A stretch of 64,000 nucleotides of DNA from positions 124,001 through 188,000 of the forward strand of contig RSEE01000088.1 in NCBI GenBank assembly GCA_003971905.1, in the 5' to 3' direction. This DNA is from Moniliella sp. 'wahieum'. Lineage: Eukaryota. Positions 37,177-50,043 of this stretch are shown one piece after another. Made by a program: the position numbers and the translations under genes. The notes beneath the pieces are model-generated. The model saw only the letters and a program-made list of their open reading frames with translations. It was not told where the DNA came from and did not search any database. The stretch's first letter is position 1, and each line of letters begins with the position of its first letter.

Positions 37177-39970
37177 TTACGCCTCGGGGTGGATGCCCAG
37201 AGCAGCCAACTCGGTCCGCCAGAGCTCGATCCGACCCAACGCGTACCGGAGACAATCAAACGGCTCTTCCTGTCCGGGAGCATGCTGAGTTTGGGCTGAC
37301 GTGCCCGGGACAAGACCACGCGCCACCTCCTCTTCTGCCGTGCGGAACGCAGCTTCGATCTCCGCTTTAGCACACACCAACCCCCAAAGTGCCCAGACGG
37401 CATGGGTAGCTGGGGACCACCTGCGTACCTCGGCATCGAGTCGGTCGGTATCACGTTCGATGGCCTGGTGCAACCGAGCCAATGGGTCTTCCGCCCCGTC
37501 CGAGTCGCCAGCGCTCTCGGGCACACAGGCCAGGAAAGGTGAAGTGAGGGGGTGAGTCGCTGGGGTGGCAGGTCCATCGACGCCACGAAGGAATGGGGTC
37601 AAGGTTGGACCGCGCGATGCAGTGAGGTCCTTGTCCTTTTCCTTTTCCTTGAAATTGTCCCTGTCCTTGTCCTTTTCCTTGTCGGTGACAAAAGAGCCGG
37701 CGCCGGTTGGAGTAACGGGGATGGCAGCTGGGCCCAAGGAAAAGTCAGCAGGCACCTCGATCAGGGCATGCAAGCTGCCTCGTACGGGTGCGCCGCGCAA
37801 GCGGAGCAAGCGACCTTGTTGCACGTACGCCCGGAGCCAACTCTTGCGTTCGGCCTTGGTCGGGAAGGACCCGTGGTGGGTCAAAGACCAGGAGAGGGTA
37901 GGATGGTGATAGTCCGTACGCCATTCGTGAAAGTGATTGGCAATGTCAAAGGCGCGTGGGTTGGGCGACGCATACTCAAAGTCAATCACGACGATTTGGT
38001 GGTGCGGAGCGTGAGCCCACGGGCCGCCACCTGTACCGACGTGACTGGCATGACCAACATGGCCATTGGACGTGGACGGTTTGGATCCTTCGGAATGATC
38101 CCGCGGCATCCCCCCGGCGCCCGCTGGGGCCGAGAAGGCCGCGTGGGGCAAGCCGGGCCGACCGACACGATCCGAGGGCTTGATGACAAGCAAGTTGCCG
38201 TACTGGGAATCGTTGTGAGAAAAGACGCGTTTGGACTGGCCTTGGTCCCGTTCCCATGCACGGACCGAACGCTTGAACGCATCCAGCTCTACTTTGAACA
38301 ATGCCAAGTTGGCAGCCAAGATGGCTGCGACCGAGGCCGGGGCGTTGTTGGTGGTTAAAGGGAGATCCGACGCGTGGACCTGGCTCCAATCGCCATTGCC
38401 AGACGGGGTATAGTCCGCCACAGCCTGTTGCAGAACCGCCTTGCCCGCCGGCGTTGCCAAAAACGCTTCCACCAGCGCCACAACCTTCTCCGCTTCCCGG
38501 GTCCAGCGCTTGCATCTTCTCCACACGCCAGGGTACGGATGGCGGCGGGAAGGAGCAATGCGGCCCGGGGTTCGGGGTACATCCGATGCGCCCAACGATG
38601 GGGATGGGGCGTAGCCATTCGCATGCCCATGGCATGCGGGAAGCTGGAGCGGATCAATGGCCCCCAAGGGACCCATGCTCGGCGTCCGAAGCGGAGGGGA
38701 GCGCAGAAACGAGTCTTGGCTATCAAACGAGGTGGCGAGCGAATCAAACGAGGCGGTACTGGTGTTGCTGTGACAGGACAGGCCCGAGCTCGACTGCCGC
38801 TTGACGGAGGTGGGAATCGTCATGGGCGTAGTAGTGCTCAGGGAGGGCGAACCGATGGTTGCACCCATCAGAGGCGTCTCGTGGGGCTTGGGTACCGAGG
38901 AAGCATGGGGCCTCGGACGATGCGACGAAGCCATAATGTGATTCTGGATGCCCCGCCCAAAAGTAGGGGCTAAGGTGGACAAGTCGCCCCGCTCCAACAC
39001 AGCCCGAATCACATCCAGCGGGACTTCGTGGAGCTCACGCATGCGACGGGCCACCCACTGGGCCTTGCCCTCGGCCCCCGGATGACAAGGTGTCCGTGGC
39101 GGTTGAGGCTCTCGTCGCGGGTGCCCAGGTCGCGGATGCCCTCGCGGCCAATGGGGTCGCAGCGAAAGTGTTCTTCGACGCGGCCATTGGCAAAGGTACC
39201 GAGGATGTGAGGCTATAAAAAGGAAGGACGAGAGTGGGTCAGAATGTAGCCCAGGCAACGAGCCAAAACGGGCAGAGGGAGAACAGCAGCGCGAGAGCAA
39301 CAAGGGAAGCGGGGGGGGGAGGGGGACAACGTACCCCAATCTCATACAAGCTGGAGAGAGTGTGGAGGATGAGAAGCTCGCCGCGACGAGACAGCAGGGC
39401 CTCTGTTCCAATCCCGTACACGCGCAGCAACACCGTCGAGGGCATCTTGGCCAGCGGCGGAAGGGAGAGGTGGTCAGGGACTTGGTAGTCAACAAAGTAG
39501 ACGGCGTTGGTCATGGCGCCGGAAATGCGGCGCAGACGGACGCCGAGCGGGTCGAGCGGGCAGAGGGCCGGAGGCAAATCGGCCTCGCGCCAGCCGGGCA
39601 AGGCGAGTCTCCTGGACAGGAGCTCGGCGACGCGGGCGCGAAAGGCAGGCGTGGATTCCTCGCGCACATCCAGCTTGAAGCGCGAGCGGCGGGGATGCCC
39701 TCGGCATGGACATCCTCGGCGGGGTCGTCGGGCAGGTCGGCGCCGGGGTCGGCGCCAGGATAGTCGTCGTCGCTGCCGCTGTCGGAGCCGGAGCCGGGGT
39801 CGGTATCGGCGTAGGCGTAGGCTTCGGGCTCGGGCTCGAGATCGGGGTCGGGATGGGGGACGGGGGGGTGGGGCGGCGGGGGCGGCGACGAGGGCGGCGG
39901 GCGTCGGGGTGGGCGCCGTGGCGGCGCGGCGGGGCACCGGGGTGGCGTCGCCGGGCGAGGGGGCGGCCAT
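37177..39970 (-). CDS. Choline/ethanolamine kinase
   Basis: RRISGAMTNAVYFV, VLLRVYG, Brenner motif FSHNDSQYGNLL and VIDFEYASPNPRAFDIANHFHEW. Intron 39213-39334; frameshifts in the 5' part. Confidence 0.88.
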
Positions 39971-40321
39971 TGGTGGTGACGGAGGGAGCAACGAGCAACA
40001 AGCCCAAGAACGCCAGCACCCACGCATTCACACGCCGCGCCACACTGCCCCCGCGCCCGCCTGCCTTCTGCTGCGTGTCCGCACCCGCTGCGCCCTGAAA
40101 TGTTCACTGCCCCGGCCCCACGTGTTCTGCCGCGCTGAGCTCAGCAACCGCACTCCACACGTGAAGCTCAGCGCGCGTGCCCATCGCAGGTGTGATGTGC
40201 CGGTGATGGGCCCCACTGTGATGAACAGGTGATGGCATTCACGTGCTGCTGCCCCTCGTGCCGCTTCGCTTTCGCTTTTCTTTTTGTCCCCCTGGCCCCC
40301 TCCGCCCCCTCCCTCCGCCCC

Positions 40322-41484
40322 ATGGACGCCACCGCCACCGCCACCGCCCAGCACCTCGACACCCTCAGCCGCATCTTTGCCGCCCACCGCGCCCCCGGCC
40401 TCGCAGCCCACACCAGCACCCAGCTCGCCCACCGCCTCGCAGCCCACCACGCCCCTCGCCCGCCCACGCCGCCTACGCCGCCCGACGCATCCCCCGCCGC
40501 CCCCACGCGCTGTGGAAGGGCGACGGCCCAGCCGCTCCGCCCACCGCTGCCCCGACCTCCTTTTCTGCCGCCGCCCGCCCTGCCGCCAAATCCCTCTACG
40601 CGCTGCCTCCCCGGCCCAAGCGGCAGGCCGAGCGCACCCGTCGTCCCCGTCGTCGTCCCCGCCCGCCCCAGCGAGGCCGCCTCCTGCAGTCCCTCCTACC
40701 CCGGTGGCATGCGACCCACCATCCGCGCTGTCCGCGCTGCGCGATTCCCCTTTTTCCCGGCCTGTCTAGCCTCACTGACGAGCATGGCATGCGGTGCGCA
40801 GCCTGCCACGCCTTGGCCCCGCACCCCGCAAAGACCGAACCGTCGTGGCGGCCGTAGCGTATCCGCCTGCGTCGGGGCCGCATAAGACCCCACTCGCACT
40901 TGCCCCCCCTGCCCCCGAAGCAGCAGGACCGAAGGTCGAACTGCGCATGCTCGATCCAGCGGTACCTCTGCCTGGCAAACCATTGACGATTGAGCAAAAG
41001 TTGCTCGCAGCCAAAGCCGAGCGGCGGGCACGCAAGAAAGCGTTAGCAGAACAAAACGCGGGAGCCCCAGCCCACGCTCGTGATGGTGGTGGTGGTAATG
41101 GTGGTGATACCACCGTGCCCTCTCCGTTAGCTACTACCTCTCTCCCGCCTGCAACCACCACGTCTCCGCCCACCACCATCACCAGCAGCAGTAGCCCCGC
41201 CAATAACGCGACCGCTTACGCTCGACGAACGACTGAAAGCCGCCAAGGCCGAACGCAAACGCAAAGCATCCGCTGCGCCCGCTGCTAGGCCCGGGGGAGA
41301 AATCCCCTCGGGAGGAGGCCAGCGTGGCCAAGGCAGTGGTGCCGGTGCGCCACCTGCAGCCTTTGGCATGGGCGGCAAGGCCGACAAGGCAGCACTGAAG
41401 GCACTGTTGGACGCCAAGGACCAAGCCGCCCCCTCGGCTCCCACCAAAAAACCCAAGCTGGGCTTGCGCGCGCTGCTCAAATAA
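40322..41484 (+). CDS. Hypothetical basic/low-complexity protein (frameshifted)
   Basis: ATG at 40322 is divergent from choline kinase. Coding-like segments ELRMLDPAVPLPGKPLTIEQKLLAAKAERRARKKA and ...APTKKPKLGLRALLK* lie in different frames. Confidence 0.45.
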
Positions 41485-41878
41485 ACTATGCATCTCCCCA
41501 TCCCGTATCTTGTCGTAGGAAGCATCGATCGCTGGCCCAACTACTTATGCCGGCGTTGTACTACCACCTAGGCTCCACTACTACAGAAGATACCAGCCCC
41601 AAAGGAGGGGGTAAGAACAGACAAAAAGGGAGGGGCATAGAGCATAGGCATGTGCATTCTGACGTTCCCAGCGAGGGAAGAACGACCAAGTGCGGGCGAC
41701 CAAAGCGCCTTTTGTGCGCTGCCGCCCAGTGGCGAGCAGGCGCAACGCATGAACCGAGGCAAAGAAAAGCCTACCAGTCTAGAGGGAGGGGGGAGGGGGC
41801 TGTCGTGGCTAGTTTCTGACTAGACAGAAGGAGAAAGAGGAACGACACCGCAGGCGCCACTCATAAGACTCGTTCGAC

Positions 41879-42268
41879 TTAGTAGAAGTAGCCAAGGATC
41901 TTGCCACCGGCGTGCTTGCGACGGGCCTCCTCGTGGTCCATGATACCAGCCGAGGTGGTGAGGACAATGAAGCCGAACGAACGAGCCGGGAGCAAGTTCT
42001 CCACCCAGTTCTCCACCTGGCCCAGCTGGACATTGAACCGGGGCGAGATGACGCCGCACTTGTTCACCCGGCCATTGAGCTGGATCACAATCTTGCCGCT
42101 GCGGTGGTCGTCGACCTCCTCAAACTCACCAATGTAGCCGTGCTTCTGCATCACCTGGAGGAACTTGATGATGACCTTGGACGAGGGCCGGATCAGAACC
42201 TGGCGCTTGCCGCGGCGCTCCGCATTGACAATGGCGTTCAGGCAGTCGTTCAGGACGGAAACACGCAT
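41879..42268 (-). CDS. RPS22: 40S ribosomal protein S22 (uS8/S15a)
   Basis: [29 protein letters not shown]...[18 protein letters not shown]. 5'-UTR intron 42271-42340. Confidence 0.97.
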   Translation of the reverse strand: MRVSVLNDCLNAIVNAERRGKRQVLIRPSSKVIIKFLQVMQKHGYIGEFEEVDDHRSGKIVIQLNGRVNKCGVISPRFNVQLGQVENWVENLLPARSFGFIVLTTSAGIMDHEEARRKHAGGKILGYFY

Positions 42269-42674
42269 GGCTACACCAATCGTAACGTTAGCACACCCGT
42301 CACGCAGATGGGACCCCCCACGACGATCGTAACCACGTACCGAACTTGAGCTTGGCAAAGCTTGATAGAGGTGGGTGAAACGCAAACCGGGCGCGCCCCC
42401 ACCGCTTGTGGGAAGGCCAACGAAGACAGCGCAACGAGAACAACCCTACAATTGCACGAGAGGAGGGACCGAACCTGCGGCGAATTAATTTTTAGGGCAC
42501 TGCCCCTGTGCTACCTGTACCTCCGCCGCTGGCGCAATGCCGCATTCGGGAGCGGGGATCAGCCGAGCCAGCTGGACCCAGCTGCACCTACCCGGCTGCA
42601 CTTGCCCAAGCCATCGCGTTTTTTTTTCGCACCGTCCGTCTGCCACCACCTCTTGTCCTCTGTACTGAATCACC

Positions 42675-43225
42675 ATGGGTCGCGTTCGCACTAAGACGAC
42701 GAAGCGTGCTGCTCGTGTGCTCATTGAGAAGTACTACCCCAAGCTCAACGCCAACGACTTCCACACCAACAAGCGGGTGCTGGACGAAGTGGCGATTGTG
42801 CCCTCCAAGCGCCTGCGCAACAAGATTGCTGGGTTCACCACGCACCTGATGAAGCGGATTGCCAAGGGCCCCGTTCGTGGTATCTCCTTCAAGCTGCAGG
42901 AGGAGGAGCGTGAGCGCAAGGTTCGTCTTCCCTTCCCCCTCTTTTTGACTCGTTCCTTCTTCTTCCTTTGTGTGTTGGATTGTGTTTTTACCCTGATGAT
43001 CCGAATGCTAACGCGACGACGGTGGGGGACTAATAGGACCAATACGTTCCTGAGGTCTCGGCTCTTGACACGGAGGCCAACGGCGGCCTGGAGGTGGACC
43101 CGGACACCAAGGCCATGTTGGGCGAGATTGGATTTGCTTCGCTGCCGGTTACCGTCGGCGCGCCGATCACCTCGGCTCAACCGGAGCGGCGTGGTCGCCA
43201 CGTGCCCGGTGCGGGTCGGCGTTGA
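42675..43225 (+). CDS. RPS17: 40S ribosomal protein S17 (eS17)
   Basis: [21 protein letters not shown]...[14 protein letters not shown], intron 42921-43036, then [11 protein letters not shown]; stop at 43223-43225. Confidence 0.97.
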
Positions 43226-43971
43226 ACGCCTGCACGGTCCGGCCGCACGCATCTTCCCACCTGGTAGAACCCTATGGGCCATCCGCCCAACCATTGCCAC
43301 GGCGCACGGCGCCCAGGACCTAGGTGACCGGTAAGGCTTGCCTGCGTTGGGTTGCATGTCAGCCATATCCTCTTATGGACCCTCTCCATGCCCCATGTTT
43401 TGTGTCTTGAATAGTCTGGCGCTGGTAGAATAGGGGCGGTGGACCGTGATCATTAACGTTAAACGTTGAACCTCGAAAGACCGTAGGAGAGAGCGGTCCC
43501 GGTCCACGTTCGAATGCACAGCTGGGCTCTAGTGGAGAGACACAGTGATAGCAGCGTTGCCTGCTTAAAGCCTCGTATGTCAGTAGCAGGATAGGGCACA
43601 CGCCAGCCTAGAAAAAATTCCAGCCATTGAGAATCCCATTCCCCCCTCTCGAAGGTTACACCCTTTCATATTACCCCAGTGGTTCCATAGATTCCAAAAA
43701 TGAGGTGGCGCTCCCGCCTCCCCTCCCCGGCCCCGATTCTGGTCTCGATTGTGTGGAGTCCTATGTTACATCATCCTCATTCTCTTCTACATCACCCTTA
43801 CAGATCCACTGCCTCCTGTGCTCCTCTTAATTTATGTGATGTTATACATAGCATGCATCATCGCCTCTGAGCTGGGGAGGAAGCGGTCTTGGTGGAAGTG
43901 GGCTTGGTGTAGCGAGTGAAACGAAGTGCGTTCAGGGTGCTCAAGGAGAAGGGGTTAGTCTGTTTCCGGTA

Positions 43972-45001
43972 TCAGGTTGGGAATGCAGCATGGCGTGGTC
44001 CAGAGCTTGAAGTTTCTACTCCAGAGCCTTCCCTTGGGCTGGAAACCTCGTCGCTCTCCGCGTCGAGGTTCGGTTCAGGCTCGTCCTCCGCTGGGTCGGG
44101 CACCCTCCTGTCTCGACCTGGGTTGACGTCGGCTCTTCCTTGCAGCACCGCTCGGACCGTGTGGTAGTCTGCGGCATGCAATTGGATGAGAAGACTTGGA
44201 TCACTTAGACCACCCAATAGTGCGATGCGGCACCATTCGTCCGGGATAGGGCACGTGAGGTGGATGCGGTCACGGAGTTCGTCCATGTAACGAACCCATT
44301 CGGGTCCCGACATGGTGCCTCGCTCGCTGCAGCCCAATTGGCACAAACTGGCGCGTGCCATCTGGATGGTCGGCTTGCCATACCATTCCATAAGCAGGGA
44401 CATGAGTTCCTTGGTGGTCGTAGACGGATTCCCGACTTCACTAAGCCGTTCCAGGGCTTGGACAGGAAGAGCTGTTCGGACCAGTCCCATCATGGCTGTG
44501 TCGAGTCTCTTGTTGTAGCCAGGGGCGTTCCTGCCCTGTTGCAGAATTTCGTCCGTCAGGGGAGGGTAAATGTCACGCAACGCTATTTGCATTATCCTCA
44601 TCTTGCGTGCGAACCGGTACGGGTCCCTGATGTCACACGGAACGACCATCCCAGGCGTCGGCCATAGATGCGAGCAGCAATTGCGTCAATCTGCTCCATC
44701 ATCTCTTCAGGAAGCGGGGCGTTGGTTATCTTTTCCCTTTGTTTTTCTTGAAGCTGTTTCTCCCATTGGTAGAGCACGGCGTCCAAGAGGGCAGTGACCT
44801 CGTCGCGAATGGCATGCGCGTCGTCGATGGAAACGGGCTTGTGGCTCAGGACCGTGCGCTTATAGCGTTCAACCTCGCTTTGGCATTCGGTTATGGGGTT
44901 AAAGGTTACGCCCGGCCTTTGCATACATAGCGCATGCATGCGAGGCGCTCAACCGCCGCTTTGCGTTCGTCGTCAACAGTGGTGTGCGAAGATACCTCCA
45001 T
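43972..45001 (-). mobile_element. Ty1/copia gag-like ORF (UBN2-like), isolated and frameshifted
   Basis: TTKELMSLLMEWYG...LCQL...GTMSGPEWVRYMDELRDRI...IPDEWCRIALLGGLS resembles the helical copia gag pattern. No pol ORF or LTRs seen. Confidence 0.4.
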
Positions 45002-45666
45002 ATCTGATGGGTTGAAGATCGGGGTTCGGGAGACTTTGCAGTAAACAAGTAGGTGAACCCCAGTGAGGGTGTGGAGGGTGTGTGGTCTGGGGTGGCTGGG
45101 TTGCCAGTAGAGGTTAGGACAAAGCGTTGAGGTTCAGTTGCTGTGTCGCTGGGAGAGGGAGGCTGGGTGGTGTTGGGGCAAGAGGGTTCTTCAAGGGAGA
45201 CCAGAGGGCGGGCTTGCTGTTCTCAGATGGTCCCTCTAATGGCTTACGTCCCTCAGCGGGTCTTTGGGGCAGACGAGCTGAATGCGATGGTGGTTCAAAG
45301 CCAGGAGGTGGGACTAGGCCCAGCAAAGGAAAGAAAAGGATTTAGAGGAATCATGGGGTTGCGCTCTAGACTAGTCTGGGGCCAGATCGACAACGGCCAA
45401 AACCAGGAGTGCGGAATCACCGTGGCCAACTCATCGGGGAGAGAGAACCAAGTCAGCATGGCTAAGAGGTGACTGCTCCTCGGACCCCCTCCCACCCAAC
45501 AATGTGTCCTCCAGCCTGCACGCCTCTGGTAGAACCCCAACCTCTTCTCCATCGGGTCGCTCTTGCGTACGACCTGGTTCCTTAGTGGAGCTCTGGTTAT
45601 CGGTTACCGGTTATTGGTATAAGAATAGCCCACCGCTTGAGGGCTGCATGGCCAGCACGCACGCTG

Positions 45667-45688
45667 CACGTGACCGGCATGTCACGTG
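45667..45688. promoter_or_regulatory. Inverted pair of Cbf1-type E-boxes (CACGTGAC-N6-GTCACGTG) upstream of RRP42
   Basis: cacgtgaccggcatgtcacgtg, about 130 bp upstream of the ATG. Confidence 0.5.
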
Positions 45689-45819
45689 GCCCTTGCTCCT
45701 TTCCCACTGCGTTCCGCGCTCCGTCGCCCCCCTCCAAAAGGACGATTCCGCTGTCCGAAAAATATTGGCTCGTTCGTGCGCACCGCCGCCGTTCGTCTCG
45801 CCCACTCGACCAAGCAGCC

Positions 45820-46994
45820 ATGCCAGCGCCACTGCTGTCCACGTCGCAGGCGTCCTACATCCTCGCCGGTCTGCTGGCCCAGCCCATTGCACAGCGCCAG
45901 GACCTGCGCCCGCTCCGCGCCTACCGCTCCATCTTCCTCCAGCCCGACGTGGCCCCCACCGCTGCCGCCTCGGCCCAGGTCACCCTCGGCGCTACCCAGG
46001 TCACTGTCGCCATTACCGCCCAGGTCGCCGCCGTTGGCGAGCCGGACGAAACCAGCCACACGGTCCGTCCACCAGGTACCGGGCGCGTGGAAAGCAATGT
46101 GCAATTGTACGTCCCCCCTTGTGTGTGTATGGAGGGGAACATGTCTTCCTGACCCTTGTTTGCGCCCAGTTCCAACATGCTCCAACACAGTCCGCTCCCC
46201 CCTTCGATTACCAGTCTGGATGTGCTGGCGGTTTCGCTCAACAGTCTCTTGTCTACGTTTAGTACCTCCCTCCCTGTATCGGAGCTGGAAATCATCAAGG
46301 GCCAACGGGAGTGGGTTCTTCATCTGGACGCTTACGTCGCGTCGATCGAGGGTGGGAATGTGGAGGATGCGTTGATGCTAGCTGCTCATGCTGCGCTTGT
46401 ATCAGCTGCGTATCCCTAGGACAAGGAGTATTGCCTTCCAGCCCGCAGCAGGGGAAAAGGGTGTGCGCGGTGGGCACGCGGAACAGGCAGTGCGATGGCG
46501 GCTGCGATTGGTGTTACAGCCGAGGAAGCCAAGGACGAATTGGGCATGAAGGGTGCTGTGGGGAAGAGTCAACGAGCAGTGGACTTTGAACTGTTGGACG
46601 GGCATGGCGGCCGTACCCTTCCAATCGCAACAGCCTTCCCGTGAGCGTAAGTGTCTATCTGCTGCCCGATGGGGGGTATGTGCTAGACCCTTCGCTGGCC
46701 GAGCAGGCCGTACTTCCCGCACGAGTCCAAGTTGTTGCCAACCGGCAAGGCCAGATTTTCGGTGCAACATTTCTCCGGACTGGCCATGGCAACGCCCAAC
46801 TCGATGGAGACCAAGCCAGAAGGCGGAGACAAGGTGGCCGACGCGAAGAAGCAGATCGGCTCGGCGCCAATTGGGACGGACTATCGTGTGTAGTCAAGAC
46901 GGCGATCAACATCGGATCCAGTATGCCGTTGAGCTGGCAACGTTTTGTACAAGAACAACTGGCGTCAGTGGAGGACGAGGAGATGGAGGTATGA
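45820..46994 (+). CDS. RRP42: Exosome core RNase PH-like subunit Rrp42
   Basis: LSTSQASYILAGL...RQDLRPLRAYRSI, SAQVTLGATQV, WVLHLDAYVASIEGGNVEDALMLAAHAAL, YVLDPSLAEQ. Intron 46107-46169; frameshifts present. Confidence 0.8.
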
Positions 46995-47451
46995 AAATAC
47001 GATGCATTGAAGAGAAGAAGGTGTGTATTGGATGCAGTGGCGATATGTACATTCATGATTTAAGGATTTAACATGAGAAACTGGCGCAAAAGGCAGTAAC
47101 GCAGAATAACCAAGGGACCAAGAGACTCGTTCTACCGTCCGGCCTGTTCTGGTGCCATCCCCATTCGATCTAATAGACAAACTTGCATAAGTTTGTTCCC
47201 AGACTATGCAATCATGGCGAAGTGAATTGCAGCCCATATAATCTTAATCATGCAGAAGAGCGTCGCGTCCAAAGACGGAGAGGGGAAATAGGGGGCAAAT
47301 TGGCTGAGCTCGGTCTACTAGTGACTATAAACTATATAGACATTCCCTCAATCCCCCCGAAGAAGAAAGAAGAAAGAACGATGGAATCGATTCCTCACAA
47401 GAAGCTGAGTGAGGAAGAAAAGTGGTTATGTGCCAGGGTAGAAAGGGGATG

Positions 47452-48257
47452 TTAGACGGCTCCTAAGGTATTGCCCGAATCAGAGGTGAAGACTTGACCA
47501 ATCGTGATTGGACTCTTCAAGAGACAGAGATAAGTCTGGGCAATTTGTGCCGGGGTCGCTAACTCTTTGGTCAGCGCCTCTTGACGCAAGGACTCCTGGA
47601 TCTCCTCGGGAAAGGAGGCGAGCAGCGGGGTGGCCGCCGGTCCGGGGGCCACCACATTCACGCGCACATTCAGTCCAATCGCGGCATAGTCGAGCGAGAT
47701 GGATTTGGCTAGGTTGTGCATACCACCCAAAGGGAAATCATGCATGATGCGGCCGTTGGGCGGATAAGGCGGGCGCCGGTGGTATAAACAAACGCGCCAC
47801 CACGGGCAAAAAAGTCCACGGCAACGTGAGCCAATTGCAGCACCACTCCCGTCCACCCCTCAAACGTCGACAAGGCCAGTGCATAGTCAAACTTGTCCAC
47901 CGTCTGCAAGTCAGGAAACCCACCGGGGGTGGCAGTGAGGACAATGTTGTCCACCTTATCCTCCCACTGAGCAGGAAGGTGAGAGAAGAAGCGGCGCAAT
48001 TCTTCTTCGTTGCCCGCGCCCCGGCCCAGGTCGACCGTGCGACCCCAGGTGCGACTGGCATCGGCATTGTATTGTTCCGCCGGGTTGGTCAGTCGCGCGA
48101 CTGCTTCGTCGACCTTGGCTTGGGTCGAAGACGCCACCAACACTTGCGCTCCTTCTTCCACCAATCCCGAGGCAACTCCAAGACCGATTCCCGACGTGCC
48201 GCCAATAACGACGGTGCGCTGGCCACGCAAGACTCCAACAACTTTCGGGGCGGCCAT
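47452..48257 (-). CDS. Short-chain dehydrogenase/reductase
   Basis: Gly-rich motif VIGGTSGIGLGVA, VRVNVVAPGPAATPL, ITIGQVFTSDSG; one frameshift near 47740. Confidence 0.85.
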
Positions 48258-50009
48258 GTTTTTCAAGACAAAAGGCGAAGGGTAGTGTGTGAGGGTGGAC
48301 TGGGAGGAAAAGGGGCGGTGCGGATGGTGCGGATGGTGCGGATGGTGTGGACATTGCGAGGCGGAGGTTATAAATAGTGTCGGTGTGTCGGAGATGGGGC
48401 AACGCGACAATGGATGTACTGTCAGGCAGCAGGGCCGTTGTTGGTGCCCACACCTCGATGATGAGAAATCGAGCTGGACAGACGCACGGGGGCCTCTTCC
48501 GGAGAGTACGCGACCGCGACACCTTATTTCGCTCGTTGACACTATTATAAAGTACCGCGGCGCTTAATTATGGGCTGTTTGTCTCCGCTAGCGGCTCTGA
48601 TCGTTGGCAAAAAGTGACAAAAATGGACCAGGCGTATATAGGTCCAGTTAATATTAGAGCTTCGTTTGGACCTATACCATTTCGAGTCGGCAACATGTGA
48701 ACACCAACAAGACACTCTCAATCGTCTGTCCGTTTTCAAACGACCTCTTCTCATCCAATACACAGGCTCGAGTGTGGTGGCTCCCAAGCGTTTTGAGCTA
48801 GGTGGCTCGTGCTTTGGCCAATGTCCCTTCAACTCCTCCTCGGGTGTAGGAGTTCCGCTGTTTCCCCTCTCCTGTTTTCCTCCTTGTCCCGCAACTTAGC
48901 CCTGATGGCGACTCGCTGCTTGATGTTCCTTTGTAGGCATTGCTGGTTGCCACACCACCACCACCACCACCAGTGCGATTGCATCACCCTCGAGGACCAT
49001 CAGGACTCCACAGGTCTCATCATCAAGGATCCAATAAAGCTAGCCCAGCCAACAATAGCCTCTTTGCAGTCTTCGCGGCTCGTATTGGGTCGCGGCCCGT
49101 GGCTATCCGCAAAGTCAACTAGCATCGAAGAGCGGACAGTCGGCTGACGCGACTGTGAAGGAATAGTCGTGTTTTTGTACCTGATATAGTGGCTCGGAGC
49201 GCGTGTATAGAAGAGGCAACTGTAACCACAGAAATTGTATATGCAGTCAACACTGTGTATATACATCTTCTTTTGGGTTTCCCTGTTGTGTCCACCACAC
49301 CTGTTATGGGGCGCTCCGGTCTCATCGAGTCATCTCCGGACACCGAGCCCCGCATTTCGTAGAACTCTCAGATCTCATCGAAGCACACGCCAGCCCCGCG
49401 ACACTTGTGAGTAAGAGTCACTAGTCAGCACACGGAGAACTTGCCGCAGATGTTTTTTCCGCGGAGAGCCAGGAGAGGACCGGACTTTAACGGTACGAAG
49501 CCATCGTATCTGCGGCGCCCGTGGTCTTGACAGAATCCCACATCGACTGCGGCCCACCAGATCGCACAGAACAGGCCGCCCTTTACCTCTTACTACTGTA
49601 GATTCCCTTCCTTCTGTTGATGCCTGTTCTGATGTTACAGTATATAGGTCGCTGGAGGTAATCCTCACCTCCCAGCCCACGTCTTTCCCCGTCTTCCCTC
49701 TCCACTCTTCACCCTTACTCCTACGAATTTACGACTGAAGTCGACCAATCTGCAAGCCGCGGTTACTATCAGTAGCGCTTCTTTACTACGACTCTCTGTC
49801 TGTTCCCGCCACCTACAGCGTATACCGAGTGTGGTAACGCCGCGAGGAACAGAGTAACGTCGGAGATCCTGGACCCCTTCAACAATTGGTCTTACGACCT
49901 ACGTACACGGCTCTTACCTCGGAGGGTCTGAGTTGAGGCCTTTTTGCAAGCAGGCAGCTACCCAAACTAGAGGGTCTCTCCCTTGCCTCTACGATCTACA
50001 CCCGCTCGG

Positions 50010-50043
50010 TTCAACGTTCAACGTTCAACGTTCAACGTTCAAC
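50010..50043. repeat. Tandem (TTCAACG) x ~5
   Basis: ttcaacgttcaacgttcaacgttcaacgttcaac read directly. Confidence 0.9.
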
